A DNA stretch of 37,364 nucleotides from Hadesarchaea archaeon (GTDB lineage: Archaea; Hadarchaeota; Hadarchaeia; Hadarchaeales; Hadarchaeaceae): the NCBI GenBank assembly GCA_029259175.1, contig JAPDJH010000010.1, forward strand, positions 1-37,364. Reading direction: 5' to 3'. Positions 1 to 7,558 of the stretch are shown here, piece by piece. Within the stretch, counting starts at the first letter, position 1; each line of letters begins with the position of its first letter. The position numbers and the translations under genes are program-made. Under the pieces are notes generated by a model. That model made no database searches and had not been told where the DNA came from. It was given only the letters and a program-made list of their open reading frames with translations.

Positions 1-126
1 GCGCTTCTGCTGGGCCTTCGTCTTCTTCTACAACCGCTGCAGGTGGCATCAAACACTGAAGGGGCCTCCATCCGGGGGCGATGGTGGGTTAAAGAAGTGG
101 CTGGAGGTGGTTATTTGAACAGCATC
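1..126 (+). mobile_element. 3' end of an IS6-like DDE transposase gene (partial, stop 116-118) and probable right end of the element
   Basis: Frame 2 reads RFCWAFVFFYNRCRWHQTLKGPP...EVVI*, the YN-x2-R-x-H-x2-L C-terminal motif of IS6/integrase-core transposases. The stop overlaps TTGAACAGCATC, which resembles archaeal IS6 ends. Confidence 0.6.
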
Positions 127-380
127 TTTTCACCCACAAAAAAGTTTATAAGAGAGAGGTCGTTAATTTCACACTCCTTAATGCCTCTAAAATTAGCTAT
201 CTTGATTTGTCTTAGCATCCCCATCACTCGAGTGTGTGATGTTGATCAAACGATATAAAATTTACCTTCTCGTCACGGCTTGATCGGAACGCTGAATACC
301 TGCTTTAGTCACTTCCCCAGACCAACGAATGAAAGAAGCGATGAAACATGCGCGTATCGGACCGAAAGTGCATAAGCGAA

Positions 381-466
381 TCTGCCAGAGTTATGATCGA
401 GGCGACGCGCCACTGGCAATCCATCTACGACCTTGCGGGATCACCAAGCTCGAGGTCTACTTGGCT
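381..466 (+). pseudogene. possible relic of an IS110-family transposase N-terminal (DEDD) domain
   Basis: ARVMIEATRHWQSIYDL, then in another frame LEVYLA, resembles the IS110 V-x-x-E-A-T-G-x-W...l-e-V-x-L-a segment. Short and frameshifted. Confidence 0.3.
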
Positions 467-652
467 GAGTTCAAAACCGTCTTTTTTGGAATCCCGAGCT
501 CCTCGACGTTTCAAATATCAGAAGAGAATATCATCTCGTCGATTAAAAAATCGTAAGAAATTCAGAGGGGTAGCACATATGATAGAGAAAACACACTTTA
601 TGCTCAGCAGATCATCATTTGCTTGTCACATAGATTTTATAGCGATAAAATT

Positions 653-1138
653 TTACCAGCTAAACTTTCTAGCGAGAAAACTAAACAGCTGGCTCAACCA
701 AGATCTTAACTCATCGCGCTGTTTTACCAATCTAGACTTATAAGGAGGACACTCACTAAACTTAGGAAACTGAGCATCAAATTTCTCTCCTAGCCCATAC
801 GTTTGTCTTATGTCATCATGAATACTATTGTAAATTTGAGACCATTTGTTTACTACTTCTTTTAGTTGGAGATAAATTGCGTGTTCTTCCGGAAGTCTGT
901 CGCTGTACAACTTATTAAACACATTATCATATGCGTTTATCTCATTCAATAAAGTCGTGATTCTCAACATAATGGAAAGAGTATCCGAGAATTTTCTTTT
1001 TCTTTCTATCTCTTCAATCAATCCATGGGCTAATTTTTCACGAGCGACTCTCAAGCTTCTTTCGAACTCTTCACTGATGCTTTTATCCATCTCATATTTT
1101 GTTTTTTCTTTTTTCGAGCTTAAATTTCTTGGGGTCAT
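653..1138 (-). CDS. hypothetical alpha-helical protein (AT-rich orphan)
   Basis: 161-aa ORF from ATG 1138 (MTPRNLSS...) with charged helical composition. The upstream extension to 1270 runs into repeat DNA. Confidence 0.6.
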   Translation of the reverse strand: MTPRNLSSKKEKTKYEMDKSISEEFERSLRVAREKLAHGLIEEIERKRKFSDTLSIMLRITTLLNEINAYDNVFNKLYSDRLPEEHAIYLQLKEVVNKWSQIYNSIHDDIRQTYGLGEKFDAQFPKFSECPPYKSRLVKQRDELRSWLSQLFSFLARKFSW

Positions 1139-1303
1139 GGTGTAGATAGTAACTGAACATGGTTTCGAACCAATGTAAATGTAATTCTGAGATTTTACAC
1201 CGATAAAATACCTGCACGGGCCTTTAGCAGGGTCTGCAAATCCTTTGAAACCCTCAAAACGATTGAACATACCGAACGCGGAAGTTACATCTCGGCGTGA
1301 TGA

Positions 1304-1332
1304 GGTACCCAGGGGGAGGGGGGCCAGACCCC
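1304..1332 (-). repeat. C/G-rich motif copy E (inverted, degenerate)
   Basis: Minus strand reads GGGGTCTGGCCCCCCTCCCCCTGGGTACC, similar to the copies at 2145, 2640, 3219 and 5685. Confidence 0.55.
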
Positions 1333-1460
1333 GTTCCGAGGATAATCAATATCCTTTATCAGCCACAGTTGCGCTCTTTCGCCGCGAATTCCTCCGAGAG
1401 CAAGAGGGCATTGCCTTCAGAATCACTAGTGGTCTTAAGTAACTGGTTACCTGCCGCTGG

Positions 1461-1543
1461 TTAAGGTGTTTTGAGGGCGAAATGAGGGTGTTTTGAGGGT
1501 GTTATGAGGAAATCCGTTTAAGGAATTTGAGGAGATTTTGGGG
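1461..1543 (+). repeat. 11-bp-phased TGAGG array
   Basis: TGAGG at 1472, 1483, 1494, 1505 and 1528, with variants TAAGG 1462/1519 and TGGGG 1539. Confidence 0.75.
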
Positions 1544-1822
1544 AAAAATCCACAGCCCACACACGATTTGGGTTCACAACATTCTCCCAACGCTCGAGCT
1601 TGGGTTCACCGGGTGTTTGCCTTCTTTACAACCATCGCGGATGGCACCTGACAGCGGAGAAACCTACGGACTTGATCAAAAGGAGTCCATTTGAACACTG
1701 ACAAAGAAAAAGGGGACTGGAAGTAACCCCTTCGTGCGGTGCTTCAAAGAACGTGATACATCCATACTGCTGGCTAATTTCGAATAAAAAAGCGCTGTCT
1801 TCCCAACAAAGAAGAATGGGCT

Positions 1823-2165
1823 CCCCAACGGGCTTTGATGGGCCAAAATCGGTGACGCGATAGGCCGCTGAGGTTCCCCGATGGGTCCTTCGAACCGCCC
1901 TGTATGGTTCCGTGGATGGGTCCATGCAAATTTTTCAACGGCAGTTATGGGCGATTTTGTGGGAATTTATCGGGAGTTAAATCGTCCGTGTATCGGTCGA
2001 TGCATCCGGATGCCCAAGGAAAACGGCATAACCCTTGGTAATCTGGATTTATGGCTCCTTGATTTTGGCGTGATGGCGGTCAATGCGGTTGGAACCAGGA
2101 CGCACTCCTATTGGGAGTTCAAACCGCGTATTCGGGTGGGCCATCCCCCTCCCCCCGGGGGTCCC
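1823..2165 (+). repeat. diverged direct-repeat unit 1, ending in C/G-rich motif copy A
   Basis: Shares CCCCAACGG, GGTCCTTCGAA, TTTTTCAACGGCA, TGCCCAAGG and GGAGT-CAAACCGCGT-TTCGGG-GGGCC blocks with 2322-2660 at about 500-bp offset. Confidence 0.8.
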
Positions 2166-2321
2166 AGAGTCTGAAAAAGGCAAAATCGGCTCACCAGCCA
2201 CACCCATCCGTAGCTTGCGGAATTTTTGTTTGAGTTTTATGACCTGTGATTTTAGGCGGTTGTACATTTCGCAAAGATTCCCGAGCTCTCGCTCGTTTTA
2301 TCCGTCTTATTATAGCAAGTC

Positions 2322-2660
2322 CCCCAACGGTCTTCGATGGGTCAAAAATCGGCGGTTGCAACGGACCGTTGAAGACCCGTCGATCGGTCCTTCGAAGGGG
2401 CCTTGCATGGCTCCATGAACGGGGCCTTGGGCTGTTTTTCAACGGCAATCAAGGCGATTTTCAACGGAAATCGATCGCCCCATGCATCGGTCGTTGCATC
2501 GACCTTGCCCAAGGTAAAACGGTATAACCATTGGAAGGCCCCTTCAAGGGCCCGTTAGCCTAGCGTAACGGCGACCGATACGGCGAGGGCTAGGGTGAAC
2601 CCCGGTATCGGAGTCCAAACCGCGTGTTCGGGCGGGCCGCCCCCTCCCCGGGGGGTTCGG
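2322..2660 (+). repeat. diverged direct-repeat unit 2 with 12-bp-phased CCnTnnAnGG palindromes, ending in motif copy B
   Basis: Words start at 2366, 2377, 2389, 2401, 2413 and 2425 (e.g. CCTTCGAAGG, CCTTGCATGG, CCATGAACGG). Colinear with unit 1. Confidence 0.8.
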
Positions 2661-2729
2661 GTTACCCGTAAAAACCCGATAGCGCAAAGCCCTTTGCCGA
2701 TTGGAGCGGGGGCCTCGTGCTCAGAGCAA

Positions 2730-2922
2730 GCCAAGATTATGGGTTTAGGCCCCTAATCTGGGCCTAATCCCGCGAGGTTAGGGGCCTAACGGCTTTCGAG
2801 ACCCGCCTAAACCGATCCCTAAACATGCCAAGATCACGAGTTTAGGCCCCTAAACCAGACCTAATCCTGTGAGATTAGGGGCCTAATGATTTTCGTGACC
2901 TGCCTAAACCACCCCTAAAGTC
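2730..2922 (+). repeat. tandem 97-bp duplication rich in TTAGG-N2-CCTAA palindromes
   Basis: GCCAAGAT starts at 2730 and 2827. The copies keep every TTAGG/CCTAA word and differ mostly by transitions. Confidence 0.9.
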
Positions 2923-3143
2923 CACCTAAAGTATCCTAAACTGGCCCTTATCTGATAAGGCTAAAATTTAAGGTAAAATTAGGCGCGTTTAGGAGCGAAT
3001 TGCGGATGTTTTAGGAAAATTTGTGGTTCAGCGCAGAAATGTTTAGGCCAAGTTTAGGTCCTGAACGAGATATTTTAGGTCGCGGCGCTGGGGCGTTTAG
3101 GCCCAAGTTTAGGATTGACCGTTCTCGGTTTAGGTTCGCTAGG
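2923..3143. repeat. CCTAAA / TTTAGG word array flanking the palindrome CCTTATC-T-GATAAGG (2946-2960)
   Basis: CCTAAA words lie left of the palindrome. TTTAGG occurs at 2988, 3010, 3042, 3053, 3074, 3096, 3108 and 3129 on the right. Confidence 0.8.
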
Positions 3144-3201
3144 TCAGAAAGGCTGGGGTATTTGAATCTCCTGCCGGAAAACAACGGCGAGCTGCTGGCG
3201 T

Positions 3202-3240
3202 CGTGTTCGGGCGGGCCTCCCCCCTCCCCCCGGGGGTCTG
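3202..3240 (+). repeat. C/G-rich motif copy C
   Basis: CGTGTTCGGGCGGGCCTCCCCCCTCCCCCCGGGGGTCTG, nearly identical to copies A and B. Confidence 0.85.
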
Positions 3241-3376
3241 GGGCCCTTTTACGCCCGAAAACGACTGAAAATGTTCGCCGGCGGATCCCAAGCACCCTCC
3301 GTGCTCAAGCTCTAAAACACGAATGACGTGCTTTGAAAACACAAAGTAATATAGGGCGAATTTTCACTTTGTGTTC

Positions 3377-3421
3377 GCTTAAGTGTTTACTTAAGTGCTC
3401 ACTTAAGTCCTTCACTTAAGT
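3377..3421. repeat. four phased (A)CTTAAGT palindromes
   Basis: CTTAAG at 3378, 3390, 3402 and 3415 (12, 12, 13 bp spacing). Confidence 0.85.
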
Positions 3422-3599
3422 AGTTTGTTACCTTCTCCGTTTTTCGAGTTTCGCACGTGAAATCATGTGATTTTTTGTGTTGTCTAATAGAATCCCGTGG
3501 GAGATCATTGCGGTTTTATGCGTGTAAAATTAGGATTTAAGCTCCAAATTTTATTTCTAACGTTTGAGCATTATTGTTACTTGGGTTGTGGAATCATCT

Positions 3600-5480
3600 T
3601 CATCCCGAGGAGAAAAAGTACACTTTTCCATTTGAACCACTTGCTACAAAATACTTTCCATCTGCTGAGATAGCCACCGATTGAAAGCTAACCATGGACA
3701 ACATGCCGCTCTTTTCTTCATATTTCCAGATAGGAGAATTGCTAGATCTGGTAAAGAGCTTCACACCCTCTTGATCAGCTACCACAATATGCCTCCCATC
3801 GGCCGAAATCGCGACGGAGGGCACCGAACCCACAGACGCATTCCATATGGGCAAGTTGCTGGAACTAGAAAGCAAAAAGAGCTTGCTACCCGCTACCACG
3901 GCGATATAATCCCCATTTTCTGAAATGGCGATATCCCAAGTTGCCAATCCGGGATCAAATGTCCACAGTAGTGATTTGTTATCTATCGAAAATAGACAGA
4001 CTTCGGTAGTAAAGTTTCTTGCAGCGACGAGATACTTACCATCAGATGAGATTTCCACATCTCTCCAGCCCCAATCACCACCTGAATATTCGTAAATTAT
4101 GCTTCCGTCTTGAGCAAACACCCGAAGCTTGTCTCCCCACGGCTCACCTGTTGCGATACGTGATCCGTCTGCGGATATAGTCACGTCACCGTTTGTTGGG
4201 TAGGTCCACAAAGGTTGGTTGCTCGATGGAGACAAAATAGCGAGGTTGTTCTGTACTACCGCAATAACACTACCATCTTGAGACATCGCTATGCTCGAAG
4301 CTCCCTCTTCAAAGGTCCACAAAGGAGCAGGATTATCCTTACTAAACAGCAATACAGCCTGACCATAGTCCACCGCTGCCGCCAAGTAATGTCCATCTGA
4401 GGAAAGCACGATATCATTGGCTGGTCCTGAGGCATGGTATTCCCACCTCAGACTACCATCGGCAGAAAGTGAGTAAATCTCATATCCGCCCACGGCTACA
4501 ACCACATTGCCGTCAGCGGAAATGGCTACCTTGGTGGGGCATACTATGCCCCCCTCTGTTTGGTAAGTCCAAAGAAGCTTTGGTCCTTCTCCTCCGGTCA
4601 TTTGCTCTAGAATTGTGGGGCCCCAGTGGATTGCACCATATAACAGCACTACCACAACGACCGCCAGTGTTAGAAGTTTCGCCGAGTTCCCTAACTGAAC
4701 ACTCCCACCAATCGCTGATCCGAACCACCCACCAAAAGCAAAAGCGAGCAAAGCAACAAACCCATTTAGTGCAATGATTTGAATTACAGTTTCTTCCCCC
4801 GCTATGCTCATTATATAGCTCAGCTCTTCTCCGCTTAGAATGTAGAAAACAGCCCAGCCCAATCCAAAAGTGATCAGGAATGGGACGAGAATTCTTTTCC
4901 ATATCGCCCCTGCCACAAAGCCGCTGACTATCCACGCTAGCCACGAAATCATCGAACTGAAAGGCGAGAGAAATGCAACAGTCAAAAGGAGCAAGGTGTT
5001 TTCAGTCCCCACCATATTTGCGAATTGTGCCATGCCCGGAACTAGAAGATACATGAAAGCCAAGCCAGCCAGAAACGGCATAATGGCACCAATCATCAGT
5101 ATGAAGATTGAAGAGAGGCTTCCTCCGAAATTTTTCAAGATTTTAAATGCTTGAGACCTAGAGACCTTTTTTGACTTCGGAGGAACCCAACTTTGTGTTA
5201 TAAGATGGGGCTTTCTTTTAGATTTTTTCTCTGCTTCTATTGGGGAGACTTTTGGGCTGATTTTCGGAGGTGGAAAAACAGTTTTTCCTTTTCTTATCTG
5301 CTCTTGTTGATAGACTCCCCAATCTTTCTTAGACAGTTTTGGACAATTGTGGTTCTCGGGTAGATAATGATCTGAGCAAAATCTGTTGCCACAGTAATTA
5401 CACCGAAAAGGTAGCTCTGTAAAGGGTTTTCCGCAGAAAAAACACTTATTGGGAGGAACGTTGCCCTTAGACAACACCAT
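3600..5480 (-). CDS. AN1-type zinc finger + multi-pass membrane region + C-terminal WD40/PQQ-like beta-propeller protein
   Basis: N-terminal CFFCGK...PFRCNYCGNRFCSDHYLPENHNC, then about 6 hydrophobic segments, then repeated (V/I)AISADG..(I/V)..W blades. Confidence 0.85.
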   Translation of the reverse strand: MVLSKGNVPPNKCFFCGKPFTELPFRCNYCGNRFCSDHYLPENHNCPKLSKKDWGVYQQEQIRKGKTVFPPPKISPKVSPIEAEKKSKRKPHLITQSWVPPKSKKVSRSQAFKILKNFGGSLSSIFILMIGAIMPFLAGLAFMYLLVPGMAQFANMVGTENTLLLLTVAFLSPFSSMISWLAWIVSGFVAGAIWKRILVPFLITFGLGWAVFYILSGEELSYIMSIAGEETVIQIIALNGFVALLAFAFGGWFGSAIGGSVQLGNSAKLLTLAVVVVVLLYGAIHWGPTILEQMTGGEGPKLLWTYQTEGGIVCPTKVAISADGNVVVAVGGYEIYSLSADGSLRWEYHASGPANDIVLSSDGHYLAAAVDYGQAVLLFSKDNPAPLWTFEEGASSIAMSQDGSVIAVVQNNLAILSPSSNQPLWTYPTNGDVTISADGSRIATGEPWGDKLRVFAQDGSIIYEYSGGDWGWRDVEISSDGKYLVAARNFTTEVCLFSIDNKSLLWTFDPGLATWDIAISENGDYIAVVAGSKLFLLSSSSNLPIWNASVGSVPSVAISADGRHIVVADQEGVKLFTRSSNSPIWKYEEKSGMLSMVSFQSVAISADGKYFVASGSNGKVYFFSSG

Positions 5481-5641
5481 CGCCTCTTATTTCCTCTAAG
5501 CCTAAAAATAGGTCGATTGCCGTCCATTAAATTTTTTTGTGGATGTAATTTTATCGACGTAAACTTGGAGCTATCGCTTACCTAAGCCATAGATTCTAAG
5601 CTGGACAACCGAAGTTTAGAATCGGTTGTTCCAATGGGTTC

Positions 5642-5846
5642 TGCTAGCAAAAGGTCGGAACTTCGGCAAAATGCTCTCTCGGGACCCCCCTCCCCCCGGG
5701 GGTCCGGCTCCCTGCCTAGCTCAGCAAGCAGGGCGTGACCCGCATATTTCCCCCTATTTTAGCAGAGCCTGCTAGCACGTTGCTAGCAAATGCTGCCCAA
5801 ACGCAAGCAAAACCCAGAAAATTCTAGCATCCGTGCTAGCAAATGC
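5642..5846. repeat. C/G-rich motif copy D (5682-5705) embedded in a TGCTAGCA palindrome array
   Basis: GGACCCCCCTCCCCCCGGGGGTCC. TGCTAGCA at 5642, 5770, 5781 and 5834, with variants TTCTAGCA 5822 and GCAAGCA. Confidence 0.8.
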
Positions 5847-5966
5847 CGGTGGATTCCTTCATTTAGGGACCGGATAAGGTGCCTTTGGATCACCCAATGG
5901 TTTTCTGAGGCGAACGAGAAAGGGCACCTCAGACCTGGGTTCTGATAAACACACAAGTGGAGAAAC

Positions 5967-6656
5967 TCACTCTAGATACAGCGCTCTTCGAAGGAAGGAC
6001 TGAAGCGGTGCGATCTTGCGCTTGAACAGGAGCCCCTTGTCCGGGGCCTTCTCCTGTTCGCGCTTCTCTGGTTCCTCTTCCCACTCTATCTTGAATCCAC
6101 ACCTCTGGAGGTCCCAGACAATGTCTGGGAAGTGGCGGCGCACCGAGGGGGAGAGGGTTATCGTCTTCACCTCCGGCTGTTTGGGTGCGTTCTCCCCGCT
6201 CTCCGTGCCGGGCACAGCTTTCACCCGCTCGAGTTCGTTTTTCAGAGCCTCCACTTCCTTCGCCCTCTCCTCGGACTCCCGCTTGAACTTCTCCTCGAGC
6301 TGTGCGAAGCGCTCCTCAACATACCTCTTGAAATCCTGCTCCCTCTTCTCCATCGCCGTGAGCCGCTGATCCAGAGAGGTGCGCAGGTTCTCCAGCCCGT
6401 TTCTCAGCATGTCCACTATTTCCACCCCCATTCTCCTGACCTGCTCTGCGACCTCTGCTTGGGAGCTGCATGGTGGCGGTGTTTCCCTAGTTTGTTGAGA
6501 GGGCACGGGCAGAGCACCGGGAGGCTGTTCTCGGCGTGGTATGAGGCTGGGAGTCTGCGCGTGCCTCCGTTTGCATCCTTTCGTGTGACCTCCCAACGCC
6601 TGAGGGGACGGGAACGGCCCCGCTCCGCAAATCTTGCAGCGCAGTATTTTCACCAT
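5967..6656 (-). CDS. zinc-finger (C2HC/C2H2-like) + coiled-coil protein, putative DNA-binding
   Basis: CKICGAGPFPSPQALGGHTKGC, a Pro/Gln linker and a long heptad E/K/R-rich segment. Confidence 0.75.
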   Translation of the reverse strand: MVKILRCKICGAGPFPSPQALGGHTKGCKRRHAQTPSLIPRREQPPGALPVPSQQTRETPPPCSSQAEVAEQVRRMGVEIVDMLRNGLENLRTSLDQRLTAMEKREQDFKRYVEERFAQLEEKFKRESEERAKEVEALKNELERVKAVPGTESGENAPKQPEVKTITLSPSVRRHFPDIVWDLQRCGFKIEWEEEPEKREQEKAPDKGLLFKRKIAPLQSFLRRALYLE

Positions 6657-7065
6657 TCAAATCCATGACCAGCTGGACAAATGCAGTATTTAACTCTAAT
6701 TTTTGTAAACTTTTATTCTTGGATGTTTTCGGACCCGAACCCTTATTTTTGGCAGGCCCCTCCGGGCCCACTTCTTTCTGGGGAACTTTCTTGCTGAGCA
6801 AGCGGTGGGCCTCCAGCTGTTGAGCTCCGCTCCTTTTCTTTTTGCATTTCCATACTTAGCTGGGAACTTTCGTTTGATGTCCTAACACTCTCCCACCCGG
6901 AGGCATAACTGCAAGCGTGCTCCAGCATACGCCTGAACATCTCCTGTCGCGGCGTCTATCCGGGCCCTAACCGGAGTTTGTCGTCCCTTCTCCGGTTCCT
7001 TTGGGATGCAGTTTATTTTGCATACGTATGTATTTATAAGGTCATTATGAGAAGCCATAGAGGGT

Positions 7066-7416
7066 ATGAAAATGACGAAAAAGATTAACAACTTGATTGC
7101 CGAAATTTCGAACATTTTGGGCATAAGTGCTACGGGTAGGATGATTTTGAACTCTTTGGTAAAAACCAAGAAGAAACTGTCTGTATCTGAAATTACTGCA
7201 AAAATCGAGAGATCCGAAAGGTCTGTAAGGGCGCAGTTAAAAAACCTTACAGGGTTAGGACTTGTTAAAAGAGAAATAATAATCACAAAAAAGGGCAGGC
7301 TCGCTTATCAATACTTTGTGCCTCGGGTAGAGGGGTTGGTTAAGTCAGTAAAGAAAGAAATGGCCAGGCGATTGCGCACTCTGGAAACGGATATGAAGGG
7401 GCTGAGGGAAAGATGA
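7066..7416 (+). CDS. winged-HTH transcriptional regulator (ArsR/TrmB-like)
   Basis: LSVSEI...RSERSVRAQLKNL..LGLVKRE wHTH signature. TTTATAA box at about 7033. Confidence 0.85.
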   Translation: MKMTKKINNLIAEISNILGISATGRMILNSLVKTKKKLSVSEITAKIERSERSVRAQLKNLTGLGLVKREIIITKKGRLAYQYFVPRVEGLVKSVKKEMARRLRTLETDMKGLRER

Positions 7417-7558
7417 ACCCTTATGTAATCGGTTTAAATTTGCGTGACGGTTGTTATTGTTACAAAAAGGCGTCGAAAATCCCCTCGTGGTCAGAGGATG
7501 GTGCACAAATTAATAAGGAAGCACACGTGGGAAGTAAGGATCCACTAGTGGGGGGGTT

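Noticed and set aside
1297-1340. Box C/D sRNA (GTGATGA C box)
   Set aside because: No convincing D'/C'/D boxes at the right spacing.
2107-2127. Minus-strand GCGGTTTGAACTCCCAATAGG, resembling (from memory) an IS91/ISCR oriIS end
   Set aside because: Short imperfect match, present only in the duplicated units A and B, with no HUH/IS91 transposase in the window.
2730-3143. Telomere-like TTAGG/TTTAGG repeats, or DtxR boxes
   Set aside because: The words are dispersed rather than tandem and lie internally in an archaeal contig. Spacing is TTAGG-N2-CCTAA, not the N4 of the feo operator.
1245-3342. Short ORFs in the track (1626-1925, 1881-2174, 2083-2418, 3011-3295, 3021-3326 etc.)
   Set aside because: They overlap in all frames, have no family motifs, and translate the repeats (PPPPGG). 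Treated as non-coding.
1300-3430. CRISPR array
   Set aside because: The repeats are 500+ bp apart or are short phased words. There is no 25-40 bp repeat/spacer periodicity and no cas genes.
5592-5629. Two interleaved 8-10 bp inverted repeats (pseudoknot-like) upstream of the AN1 gene
   Set aside because: Short stems with overlapping arms. Could be chance, and there is no evidence of transcription.
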